A stretch of 64,000 bases of DNA from the human T2T-CHM13v2.0 reference genome, Homo sapiens. Location: assembly GCF_009914755.1 (NCBI RefSeq), contig NC_060948.1; one strand, given 5' to 3'. The translations under genes and the position numbers were made by a program. Shown here one piece after another: positions 40,495-54,734 of the stretch; the first letter of the stretch is position 1; every line of letters begins with the position of its first letter. The notes below the pieces were generated by a model. The model made no database searches. It worked only from the letters and a program-made list of their open reading frames with translations, and had not been told where the DNA came from.

Positions 40495-43400
40495 AGGCCT
40501 GGAATAAAGTGGAATGCTACGGTCTCGAATGGAATAAAAATGTATGGAATGGAATGCAATGAAACGGAATCGAATGTCATAGAATGTAATGGAATGCAAA
40601 AAAATGGAATCCAAAATCATTGACTGGAAAGGCTGGGTGTCGAAAGGAATTGACTCCAATGGAATGGAATCGAATGGAATGGAAGTGAATAGAATCGAAC
40701 TAAATCGAATGGAATGGAATTGATAGGAACGGAATGGAAAGGAATGCAATGATTTGGCATGGAATGGAATCGAATGGCATCGAATGGAATGGAATGGAAT
40801 GCAATGGAATGGAATGTATTAGAATGTAATGAACTTTAATGGAATGTACTCGAATGGATTCGACTGGAATGGAATGTTCTGGAAGTGAATGGACTCCAAT
40901 GGAATGGATTCCAAAGGAATGGAATCGTACGGAATGGAATCTAATGGAATGGAATTAAATGGAAATGAATCAAATTGAATAGCACGGAATTGAATTGAAT
41001 GGAATGGAATGCAATGGAATCTAATGAAACGGAAAGGAAAGGAATGGAATGGAATGGAATGGACTGGAATGGAAAGGAATCGAAACGAATGGAATGGAAT
41101 CGAACTGAAGAGACTGGAATGGAATGCACTGGAATGGAAGGGAGTGTAATGGAAGGTTCTCGAAAAAAATGGAATCGAATGGAATGGAATTGAATGGAAC
41201 GGAATAGAGTCGAATGGAATTGAATGGAATGGAATGGACTAGAGTGAAATGGAATCGAACCACAAGGAATGGACATGAATAGAATGGTCTCGAATTGAAT
41301 GGAATCGTATGGAATGGCATCAAACGGAATGGAATGGACAGCCACGGAATGGAATGCACTCGAATGCAATGGAGTCGAAACTAATGGACTGGAATAGAAT
41401 GGACTCGACTGGTACGGACTCCAATGGAATGGAATCGAATGAAAGGGAATCGAACGGAATGGACTCGAAGGGAAATGACTGCAATGGAAAGGTCTCGAAT
41501 GGAATGGAAATTAATGGAATGGAATGGAATCGAATGAAATGGAGTCAAAAGGAATGGAATCGAATGGCAAGAAATCGAATGTAATGGAATCACAAGGAAT
41601 TGATGTGAACGGAACGGAATGGAATGGAATCCAAAGGAATGGAATAGAATGGAATGGAATCGAATGGAAAGGACTCGAATGGAAATCACTCGAATAGAAT
41701 GCAATTTAATAAAATAGGATCAAATGTAATGGAATGGAATGGAAAGGAATCGAAACGAAAGGAATGGAGACAGATGGAATGGAATGGAACAGAGAGCAAT
41801 GGTATAGAATGGAATGGAATCATCTGGAATGGAATTGAATGGAATGGAATAATATGAAATGGAATGGAATGGAATGGAATGGAATGCCCTTGAATTAAAT
41901 GGACTGGAATGGAATGGACTCGAACAGAGTGGAATGGAAAGTGTTGAGATAGAATGGAATGGACTCCTTTGGAATGGTCTAGTATGCAATGCAATCGACT
42001 GGCAGGGAATCAAAAGGAATGTAATGGAATGGATTGGACTGGAATGCAATGGACTCGAATAGATTGCAAACGGAATGCAAAGGAATGGAATGGAATATTA
42101 TGGAATGGAATGGAAAGGAATGGAGTGGAATAGACTAGAGTGGAATGGAATGGACTGGAAAGAAATGGACTGGAATGGAACTTTCTTGAATGGACCTGAA
42201 TCAAACGGAATGGAATGCAATGCAATCAAATGGCATGGAATAAAATAGAATGAAAGAGAATCAAATGGAATTGAATCGAATGGAATCGAATGGATTGGAA
42301 AGGAATAGAATGGAATGGAATGGAATTGACTCAAATGGAATGGACTAGAATGGAATGGATTCGAATGGAAGGCAAAGGAATGGAATCTATTGGAATGGAC
42401 TGTAATGGAATGGAATGGAAGGGATTGGAATGGACTCGAATGGAATGGACTGCAATAGAAAGGATTCGAATGGAATGAAAAAGAATTGAATGGAATAAAA
42501 CAGAATGGAATGAAATCGAATGAAATGGAATGGAATAGAAAGGAATGGAATGAAATGGAATGGAAAGGATTCGAATGGAATGCAATCGAATGGAATGGAA
42601 TCGAACGGAATGGAATAAAATGGAAGAAAACTGGCAAGAAATGGAATCGAAATGAATGGAGTGTTATGGAACGGACTCAAAAGGAATTGAATGTAATAGA
42701 ATGGAGTGGAGTGGACTCGAATATAATGGACTGGAATGGAATGAAATCACATGGAATGGGAACGAATGGAAAGGAATGGAATCGAATGGAAAGGAATCGA
42801 ATGGAAGGGAATGAAATTGAATCAACAGGAATGGAAGGGAATAGAATAGACGGTAATGGAATGGACTCGAATAGAATGGACACGAATGCTCAAATTGAAT
42901 GGACTCGAATGGAATGGAAACGAAAGGAATGTCATCGAATGGAATTGAATCGATTGGAATGAAATCGCATAGAATGGAGTGGAATCAAATGGAATTGAAT
43001 CGAAAGGAAAGGAAGCGAATGGACTGAAATGAAATGGAATGGAATTGAATGGAAAGTAATGCAATGGAATAGAATGGAACGAAATTTCACGGAATGGAAT
43101 CAAACTGAATGGAATCAAATCAATGGCATCAAATCAAATGGAATGGAAAGGAATTGAATGGAGTAGATTGGATTGGATGGGATTGGAATGAAATGTACTG
43201 CAAAGGACTCGAATTTCATGAAACGGAATGGAATGAATTGGAACGGAATGGACTCGAATGGAATGGAATGTCATGGAATGGCATCAAATGGAATGGCATC
43301 AAATGGAATGGAATCGAATGCAATGGAATGCTATGGAATGGAATGGAATGCATTGGAATGGAATGTCCCCTAATGGAATGGATTCGAGTGGAATGGAATC

Positions 43401-44053
43401 GAATATAATGGAGTCGAATGAAATTTAATTGAAAGGAATGGGATCGAATAGAATGGAATATACTGGAATGTAATGTAATGAACTCGAATGTAATTGACTG
43501 GAATGGAATGTACATGAATGGAATGTAATCGAATGGAAAGTAATCCAATGGAATAGAATCTAATGCAATAAAACCGACTCAGATAGAGTAGAATGTAATG
43601 GAATGGAGTGCAGTGCAATGGAAGGGATTGGAATTGAATGCAATGGAATGGAATGGAATGGAATGGAATGGAATGGAATGGAATGGAATGGGATGGAATG
43701 GTATGGAATGGATAGTAATGGACTGGAGTGAAATGGACTGGAAAGGAATGGACTCAAATTGAAAGGGCTCGAAAGGAATGGAGTCAAATGGAATGGTCTG
43801 GAATGGAATGAACACGAATGTAATGCAATCCAATAGAATGGAATCGAATGGCATGGAATATAAAGAAATGGAATCGAAGAGAATGGAAACAAATGGAATG
43901 GAATTGAGTGGAATGGAATTGAATGGAATGGGAACGAATGGAATGAAATTGTATGCAGTAGAAGGGAATAGAATGGAATGCAAGCGAAAGGAAAGGAATG
44001 GATTGGAATGGAATGGAATTCATTGGAATGGAAGGGAATGTAGTGTAATGGAC
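40495..44053 (+). repeat. DYZ1 unit U12 (3559 bp), U10-like 5' part and U11-like 3' part
   Basis: AGGCCT 40495 to 44054; 10 bp deletion near 42768. Confidence 0.88.
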
Positions 44054-47000
44054 AGGCCTGGAATAAAGTGGAATGCTACGGTCTCGAATGGAATAAAAAT
44101 GTATGGAATGGAATGCAATGAAACGGAATCGAATGTCATAGAATGTAATGGAATGCAAAAAAATGGAATCCAAAATCATTGACTGGAAAGGCTGGGTGTC
44201 GAAAGGAATTGACTCCAATGGAATGGAATCGAATGGAATGGAAGTGAATAGAATCGAAGTAAATCGAATGGAATGGAATTGATAGGAACGGAATGGAAAG
44301 GAATGCAATGATTTGGCATGGAATGGAATCGAATGGCATCGAATGGAATGGAATGGAATGCAATGGAATGGAATGTATTAGAATGTAATGAACTTTAATG
44401 GAATGTACTCGAATGGATTCGACTGGAATGGAATGTTGTGGAAGTGAATGGACTCCAATGGAATGGATTCCAAAGGAATGGAATCGTACGGAATGGAATC
44501 TAATGGAATGGAATTAAATGGAAATGAATCAAATTGAATAGCACGGAATTGAATTGAATGGAATGGAATGCAATGGAATCTAATGAAACGGAAAGGAAAG
44601 GAATGGAATGGAATGGAATGGGCTGGAATGGAAAGGAATCGAAACGAATGGAATGGAATCGAACTGAAGAGACTGGAATGGAATGCACTGGAATGGAAGG
44701 GAGTGTAATGGAAGGTTCTCGAAAAAAATGGAATCGAATGGAATGGAATTGAATGGAACGGAATAGAGTCGAATGGAATTGAATGGAATGGAATGGACTA
44801 GAGTGAAATGGAATCGAACCACAAGGAATGGACAGGAATAGAATGGTCTCGAATTGAATGGAATCGTATGGAATGGCATCAAACGGAATGGAATGGACAG
44901 CCACGGAATGGAATGCACTCGAATGCAATGGAGTCGAAACTAATGGACTGGAATAGAATGGACTCGACTGGTACGGACTCCAATGGAATGGAATCGAATG
45001 GAAGGGAATCGAACGGAATGGACTCGAAGGGAAAAGACTGCAATGGAAAGGTCTCGAATGGAATGGAAATTAATGGAATGGAATGGAATCGAATGAAATG
45101 GAGTCAAAAGGAATGGAATCGAATGGCAAGAAATCGAATGTAATGGAATCGCAAGGAATTGATGTGAACGGAACGGAATGGAATGGAATCCAAAGGAATG
45201 GAATAGAATGGAATGGAATCGAATGGAAAGGACTCGAATGGAAATCACTCGAATAGAATGCAATTTAATAAAATAGGATCAAATGTAATGGAATGGAATG
45301 GAAAGGAATCGAAACGAAAGGAATGGAGACAGATGGAATGGAATGGAACAGAGAGCAATGGTATAGAATGGAATGGAATCATCTGGAATGGAATTGAATG
45401 GAATGGAATAATATGAAATGGAATGGAATGGAATGGAATGGAATGCCCTTGAATTAAATGGACTGGAATGGAATGGACTCGAACAGAGTGGAATGGAAAG
45501 TGTTGAGATAGAATGGAATGGACTCCTTTGGAATGGTGTAGTATGCAATGCAATCGACTGGCAGGGAATCAAAAGGAATGTAATCGAATGGATTGGACTG
45601 GAATGCAATGGACTCGAATAGATTGGAAACGGAATGCAAAGGAATGGAATGGAATAGTATGGAATGGAATGGAAAGGAATGGAGTGGAATAGACTAGAGT
45701 GGAATGGAATGGACTGGAAAGCAATGGACTGGAATGGAACTTTCTTGAATGGACTGGAATCAAACGGAATGGAATGCAATGCAATCAAATGGCATGGAAT
45801 AAAATAGAATGAAAGAGAATCAAATGGAATTGAATCGAATGGAATCGAATGGATTGGAAAGGAATAGAATGGAATGGAATGGAATTGACTCAAATGGAAT
45901 GGACTAGAATGGAATGGATTCGAATGGAAGGCAAAGGAATGGAATCTATTGGAATGGACTGTAATGGAATGGAATGGAAGGGATTGGAATGGACTCGAAT
46001 GGAATGGACTGCAATAGAAAGGATTCGAATGGAATGAAAAAGAATTGAATGGAATAGAACAGAATGGAATCAAATCGAATGAAATGGAATGGAATAGAAA
46101 GGAATGGAATGAAATGGAATGGAAAGGATTCGAATGGAATGCAATCGAATGGAATGGAATCGAAAGGAATGGAATAAAATGGAAGAAAACTGGCAAGAAA
46201 TGGAATCGAAATGAATGGAGTGTTATGGAACGGACTCAAAAGGAATTGAATGGAATAGAATGGAATGGAGTGGACTCGAATATAATGGACTGGAATGGAA
46301 TGAAATCACATGGAATGGGAACGAATGGAATGGAATGGAAAGGAATGGAATCGAATGGAAAGGAAACGAATGGAAGGGAATGAAATTGAATCAACAGGAA
46401 TGGAAGGGAATAGAATAGACGGTAATGGAATGGACTCGAATAGAATGGACAGGAATGCTCAAATTGAATGGACTCGAATGGAATGGAAACGAAAGGAATG
46501 TCATCGAATGGAATTGAATCGATTGTAATGAAATCGCATAGAATGGAGTGGAATCAAATGGAATTGAATCGAAAGGAAAGGAAGCAAATGGACTGAAATG
46601 AAATGGAATGGAATTGAATGGAAAGTTATGTAATGGAATAGAATGGAACGAAATTTCACGGAATGGAATCAAACTGAATGGAATCAAATCAATGGAATCA
46701 AATCAAATGGAATGGAAAGGAATTGAATGGAGTAGATTGGATTGGATGGGATTGGAATGAAATGTACTGGAAAGGACTCGAATTTCATGAAACAGAATGG
46801 AATGAATTGGAACGGAATGGACTCGAATGGAATGGAATGTCATGGAATGGCATCAAATGGAATGGCATCAAATGGAATGGAATCGAATGCAATGGAAGGC
46901 TATGGAATGGAATGGAATGCATTGGAATGGAATGTCCTCTAATGGAATGGATTCGAGTGGAATGGAATCGAATATAATGGAGTCGAATGAAATGGAATTG

Positions 47001-47612
47001 AAAGGAATGGGATCGAATAGAATGGAATATACTGGAATGTAATATAATGAACTCGAATGTAATTGACTGGAATGGAATGTACATGAATGGAATGTAATCG
47101 AATGGAAAGTAATCCAATGGAATAGAATCTAATGCAATAAAACCGACTCAGATAGAGTAGAATGTAATGGAATGGAGTGCAGTGCAATGGAATGGAATGG
47201 AATGGAATGCAATGGAATGGAATGGAATGGAATGGAATGGAATGGAATGGAATGGAATGGTGTGGAATGGATAGTAATGGACTGGAGTGAAATGGACTGG
47301 AAAGGAATGGACTCAAATTGAAAGGGCTCGAAAGGAATGGAGTCAAATGGAATGGTCTGGAATGGAATGAACACGAATGTAATGCAATCCAGTAGAATGG
47401 AATCGAATGGCATGGAATATAAAGAAATGGAATCGAAGAGAATGGAAACAAATGGAATGGAATTGAATGGAATGGAATTGAATGGAATGGGAACGAATGG
47501 AGTGAAATTGTATGCTGTAGAAGAGAATAGAATGGAATGCAAGCGAAAGGAAAGGAATGGATTAGAATGGAATGGAATTCATTGGAATGGAAGGGAATGT
47601 AGTGTAATGGAC
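44054..47612 (+). repeat. DYZ1 unit U13 (3559 bp)
   Basis: AGGCCT 44054 to 47613; diverged 3' part. Confidence 0.9.
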
Positions 47613-50600
47613 AGGCCTGGAATAAAGTGGAATGCTACGGTCTCGAATGGAATAAAAATATATGGAATGGAATGCAATGAAACGGAATCGAATGTCATAG
47701 AATGTAATGGAATGAAAGAAATGGAATCCAAAAACATTGACTGGAAAGGCTGGGTGTCGAAAGGAATTGACTCCAATGGAATGGAATCGAATGGAATGGA
47801 AGTGAATAGAATCGAACTAAATCGAATGGAATGGAATTGATAGGAACGGAATGGAAATGAATGCAATGATTTGGCATGGAATGGAATCGAATGGCATCGA
47901 ATGGAATGGAATGGAATGCAATGGAATGGAATGTATTAGAAAGTAATGAACTTTAATGGAATGTACTCGAATGGATTCGACTGGAATGGAATGTTCTGGA
48001 AGTGAATGGACTCCAATGGAATGGATTCAAAAGGAATGGAATCGTACGGAATGGAATCTAATGGAATGGAATTAAATGGAAATGAATCAAATTGAATAGC
48101 ACGGAATTGAATTGAATGGAATCGAATGCAATGGAATCTAATGAAACGGAAAGGAAAGGAATGGAATGGAATGGAATGGGCTGGAATGGAAAGGAATCGA
48201 AACGAATGGAATGGAATCGAACTGAAGAGACTGGAATGGAATGCACTGGAATGGAAGGGAGTGTAATGGAAGGTTCTCGAAAAAAATGGAATCGAATGGA
48301 ATGGAATTGAATGGAACGGAATAGAGTCGAATGGAATTGAATGGAATGGAATGGACTAGAGGGAAATGGAATCGAACCACAAGGAATGGACAGGAATAGA
48401 ATGGTCTCGAATTGAATGGAATCGTATGGAATGGCATCAAACGGAATGGAATGGACAGCCACGGAATGGAATGCACTCGAATGCAATGGAGTCGAAACTA
48501 ATGGACTGGAATAGAATGGACTCGACTGGTACGGACTCCAATGGAATGGAATCGAATGGAAGGGAATCGAACGGAATGGACTCGAAGGGAAAAGACTGCA
48601 ATGGAAAGGTCTCGAATGGAATGGAAATTAATGGAATGGAATGGAATCGAATGAAATGGAGTCAAAAGGAATGGAATCGAATGGCAAGAAATCGAATGTA
48701 ATGGAATCGCAAGGAATTGATGTGAATGGAGCGGAATGGAATGGAATCCAAAGGAATGGAATCGAATGGAAAGGACTCGAATGGAAATCACTCGAATAGA
48801 ATGCAATTTAATAAAATAGGATCAAATGTAATGGAATGGAATGGAAAGGAATCGAAACGAAAGGAATGGAGACAGATGGAATGGAATGGAACAGAGAGCA
48901 ATGGTATAGAATGGAATGGAATCATCTGGAATGGAATTGAATGGAATGGAATAATATGAAATGGAATGGAATGGAATGGAATGGAATGCCCTTGAATTAA
49001 ATGGACTGGAATGGAATGGACTCGAACAGAGTGGAATGGAAAGTGTTGAGATAGAATGGAATGGACTCCTTTGGAATGGTGTAGTATGCAATGCAATCGA
49101 CTAGCAGGGAATCAAAAGGAATGTAATGGAATGGATTGGACTGGAATGCAATGGACTCGAATAGATTGGAAACGGAATGCAAAGGAATGCAATGGAATAG
49201 GATGGAATGGAATGGAAAGGAATGGAGTGGAATAGACTAGAGTGGAATGGAATGGACTGGAAAGCAATGGACTGGAATGGAACTTTCTTGAATGGACTGG
49301 AATCAAACGGAATAGAATGCAATGCCATCAAATGGCATGGAATAAAATAGAATGAAAGAGAATCAAATGGAATTGAATCGAATGGAATCGAATGGATTGG
49401 AAAGGAATAGAATGGAATGGAATGGAATTGACTCAAATGGAATGGATTCGAATGGAATGGATTCGAATGGAAGGCAAAGGAATGGAATCTATTGGAATGG
49501 ACTGTAATGGACTGTAATGGAATGGAATGGAAAGGATTGGAATGGACTCGAATGGAATGGACTGCAATAGAAAGGATTCGAATGGAATTAAAAAGAATTG
49601 AATGGAATAGAACAGAATGGAATCAAATCGAATGAAATGGAATGGAATAGAAAGGAATGGAATGAAATGGAATGGAAAGGATTCGAATGGAATGCAATCG
49701 AATGGAATGGAATCGAACGGAATGGAATAAAATGGAAGAAAACTGGCAAGAAATGGAATCGAAATGAATGGAGTGTTATGGAACGGACTCAAAAGGAATT
49801 GAATGTAATAGAATGGAGTGGAGTGGACTCGAATATAATGGACTGGAATGGAATGAAATCACATGGAATGGGAACGAATGGAATGGAATGGAAAGGAATG
49901 GAATCGAATGGAAAGGAATCGAATGGAAGGGAATGAAATTGAATCAACAGGAATGGAAGGGAATAGAATAGACGGTAATGGAATGGACTCGAATAGAATG
50001 GACACGAATGCTCAAATTGAATGGACTCGAATGGAATGGAAACGAAAGGAATGTCATCGAATGGAATTGAATCGATTGTAATGAAATCGCATAGAATGGA
50101 GTGGAATCAAATGGAATTGAATCGAAAGGAAAGGAAGCGAATGGACTGAAATGAAATGGAATGGAATTGAATGGAAAGTAATGCAATGGAATAGAATGGA
50201 ACGAAATTTCACGGAATGGAATCAAACTGAATGGAATCAAATCAATGGAATCAAATCAAATGGAATGGAAAGGAATTGAATGGAGTAGATTGGATTGGAT
50301 GGGATTGGAATGAAATGTACTGGAAAGGACTCGAATTTCATGAAACGGAATGGAATGAATTGGAACGGAATGGACTCGAATGGAATGGAATGTCATGGAA
50401 TGGCATCAAATGGAATGGCATCAAATGGAATGGAATCGAATGCAATGGAATGCTATGGAATGGAATGGAATGCATTGGAATGGAATGTCCTCTAATGGAA
50501 TGGATTCGAGTGGAATGGAATCGAATATAATGGAGTCGAATGAAATGGAATTGAAAAGAATGGGATCGAATACAATGGAATATACTGGAATGTAATGTAA

Positions 50601-51180
50601 TGAACTCGAATGTAATTGACTGGAATGGAATGTACATGAATGGAATGTAATCGAATGGAAAGTAATCCAATGGAATAGAATCTAATGCAATAAAACCGAC
50701 TCAGATAGAGTAGAATGTAATGGAATGGAGTGCAGTGCAATGGAAGGGAATGGAATTGAATGCAATGGAATGGAATGGAATGGAATGGAATGGAATGGAA
50801 TGGAATGGAATGGAATGGGATGGAATGGTATGGAATGGATAGTAATGGACTGGAGTGAAATGGACTGGAAAGGAATGGACTCAAATTGAAAGGGCTCGAA
50901 AGGAATGGAGTCAAATGGAATGGTCTGGAATGGAATGAACACGAATGTAATGCAATCCAATAGAATGGAATCGAATGGCATGGAATATAAAGAAATGGAT
51001 TCGAAGAGAATGGAAACAAATGGAATGGAATTGAATGGAATGGAATTGAATGGAATGGGAACGAATGGAGTGAAATTGTATGCAGTAGAAGGGAATAGAA
51101 TGGAATGCAAGCGAAAGGAAAGGAATGGATTGGAATGGAATGGAATTCATTGGAATGGAAGGGAATGTAGTGTATTGGAC
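47613..51180 (+). repeat. DYZ1 unit U14 (3568 bp)
   Basis: AGGCCT 47613 to 51181; -1 near 47715, -15 near 48755, +10 duplication ACTGTAATGG at 49501-49520, +10 tract. Confidence 0.9.
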
Positions 51181-54100
51181 AGGCCTGGAATAAAGTGGAA
51201 TGCTACGGTCTCGAATGGAATAAAAATGTATGGAATGGAATGCAATGAAACGGAATCGAATGTCATAGAATGTAATGGAATGCAACAAAATGGAATCCAA
51301 AATCATTGACTGGAAAGGCTGGGTGTCGAAAGGAATTGACTCCAATGGAATGGACTCGAATGGAATGGAAGTGAATAGAATCGAACTAAATCGAATGGAA
51401 TGGAATTGATAGGAACGGAATGGAAAGGAATGCAATGATTTGGCATGGAATGGAATCGAATGGCATCGAATGGAATGGAATGGAATGTAATGGAATGGAA
51501 TGTATTAGAATGTAATGAGCTTTAATGGAATGTACTCGAATGGATTCGACTGGAATGGAATGTTCTGGAAGTGAATGGACTCCAATGGAATGGATTCAAA
51601 AGGAATGGAATCGTACGGAATGGAATCTAATGGAATGGAATTAAATGGAAATGAATCAAATTGAATAGCACGGAATTGAATTGAATGGAATGGAATGCAA
51701 TGGAATCTAATGAAACGGAAAGGAAAGGAATGGAATGGAATGGGCTGGAATGGAAAGGAATCGAAACGAATGGAATGGAATCGAACTGAAGAGACTGGAA
51801 TGGAATGCACTGGAATGGAAGGGAGTGTAATGGAAGGTTCTCGAAAAAAATGGAATCGAATGGAATGGAATTGAATGGAACGGAATAGAGTCGAATGGAA
51901 TTGAATGGAATGGAATGGACTAGAGGGAAATGGAATCGAACCACAAGGAATGGACAGGAATAGAATGGTCTCGAATTGAATGGAATCGTATGGAATGGCA
52001 TCAAACGGAATGGAATGGACAGCCACGGAATGGAATGCACTCGAATGCAATGGAGTCGAAACTAATGGAATGGAATAGAATGGACTCGACTGGTACGGAC
52101 TCCAATGGAATGGAATCGAATGGAAGGGAATCGAACGGAATGGACTCGAAGGGAAAAGACTGCAATGGAAAGGTCTCGAATGGAATGGAAATTAATGGAA
52201 TGGAATGGAATCGAATGAAATGGAGTCAAAAGGAATGGAATCGAATGGCAAGAAATCGAATGTAATGGAATCGCAAGGAATTGATGTGAACGGAACGGAA
52301 TGGAATGGAATCCAAAGGAATGGAATAGAATGGAATGGAATCGAATGGAAAGGACTCGAATGGAAATCACTGGAATAGAATGCAATTTAATAAAATAGGA
52401 TCAAATGTAATGGAATGGAATGGAAAGGAATCGAAACGAAAGGAATGGAGACAGATGGAATGGAATAGAACAGAGAGCAATGGTATAGAATGGAATGGAA
52501 TCATCTGGAATGGAATTGAATGGAATGGAATAATATGAAATGGAATGGAATGGAATGGAATGGAATGCCCTTGAATTAAATGGACTGGAATGGAATGGAC
52601 TCGAACAGAGTGGAATGGAAAGTGTTGAGATAGAATGGAATGGACTCCTTTGGAATGGTGTAGTATGCAATGCAATCGACTGGCATGGAATCAAAAGGAA
52701 TGTAATGGAATGGATTGGACTGGAATGCAATGGACTCGAATAGATTGCAAACGGAATGCAAAGGAATGGAATGGAATAGTATGGAATGGAATGGAAAGGA
52801 ATGGAGTGGAATAGACTAGAGTGGAATGCAATGGACTGGAAAGCAATGGACTGGAATGGAACTTTCTTGAATGGACTGGAATCAAACGGAATGGAATGCA
52901 ATGCAATCAAATGGCATGGAATAAAATAGAATGAAAGAGAATCAAATGGAATTGAATCGAATGGAATCGAATGGATTGGAAAGGAATAGAATGGAATGGA
53001 ATGGAATTGACTCAAATGGAATGGACTAGAATGGAATGGATTCGAATGGAAGGCAAAGGAATGGAATCTATTGGAATGGACTGTAATGGAATGGAATGGA
53101 AGGGATTGGAATGGACTCGAATGGAATGGACTGCAATAGAAAGGATTCGAATGGAATGAAAAAGAATTGAATGGAATAGAACAGAATGGAATCAAATCGA
53201 ATGAAATGGAATGGAATAGAAAGGAATGGAATGAAATGGAATGGAAAGGATTCGAATGGAATGCAATCGAATGGAATGGAATCGAACGGAATGGAATAAA
53301 ATGGAAGAAAACTGGCAAGAAATGGAATCGAAATGAATGGAGTGTTATGGAACGGACTCAAAAGGAATTGAATGTAATAGAATGGAGTGGAGTGGACTCG
53401 AATATAATGGACTGGAATGGAATGAAATCACATGGAATGGGAACGAATGGAATGGAATGGAAAGGAATGGAATCGAATGGAAAGGAATCGAATGGAAGGG
53501 AATGAAATTGAATCAACAGGAATGGAAGGGAATAGAATAGACGGTAATGGAATGGACTCGAATAGAATGGACACGAATGCTCAAATTGAATGGACTCGAA
53601 TGGAATGGAAACGAAAGGAATGTCATCGAATGGAATTGAATCGATTGGAATGAAATCGCATAGAATGGAGTGGAATCAAATGGAATTGAATCGAAAGGAA
53701 AGGAAGCGAATGGACTGAAATGAAATGGAATGGAATTGAATGGAAAGTAATGCAATGGAATAGAATGGAACGAAATTTCACGGAATGGAATCAAACTGAA
53801 TGGAATCAAATCAATGGAATCTAATCAAATGGAATGGAAAGGAATTGAATGGAGTAGATTGGATTGGATGGGATTGGAATGAAATGTACTGGAAAGGACT
53901 CGAATTTCATGAAACGGCATGGAATGAATTGGAACGGAATGGACTCGAATGGAATGGAATGTCATGGAATGGCATCAAATGGAATGGCATCAAATGGAAT
54001 GGAATCGAATGCAATGGAATGCTATGGAATGGAATGGAATGCATTGGAATGGAATGTCCTCTAATGGAATGGATTCGAGTGGAATGGAATCGAATATAAT

Positions 54101-54734
54101 GGAGTCGAATGAAATGGAATTGAAAGGAATGGGATCGAATACAATGGAATATACTGGAATGTAATGTAATGAACTCGAATGTAATTGACTGGAATGGAAT
54201 GTACATGAATGGAATGTAATCGAATGGAAAGTAATCCAGTGGAATAGAATCTAATGCAATAAAATCGACTCAGATAGAGTAGAATGTAATGGATTGGAGT
54301 GCAGTGCAATGGAATGGAATGGAATGGAATGCAATTGAATGGAATGGAATGGAATGGAATGGAATGGAATGGGATGGAATGGTATGGAATGGATAGTAAT
54401 GGACTGGAGTGAAATGGACTGGAAAGGAATGGACTCAAATTGAAAGGGCTCGAAAGGAATGGAGTCAAATGGAATGGTCTGGAATGGAATGAACACGAAT
54501 GTAATGCAATCCAATAGAATGTAATCGAATGGCATGGAATATAAAGAAATGGAATCGGAGAGAATGGAAACAAATGGAGTGGAATTGAATGGAATGGAAT
54601 TGAATGGACTGGGAACGAATGGAGTGAAATTGTATGCAGTAGATGGGAATAGAATGGAATGCAAGCGAAAGGAAAGGAATGGATTGGAATGGAATGGAAT
54701 TCATTGGAATGGAAGGGAATGTAGTGTAATGGAC
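51181..54734 (+). repeat. DYZ1 unit U15 (3554 bp)
   Basis: AGGCCT 51181 to 54735; two single-pentamer losses. Confidence 0.9.
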
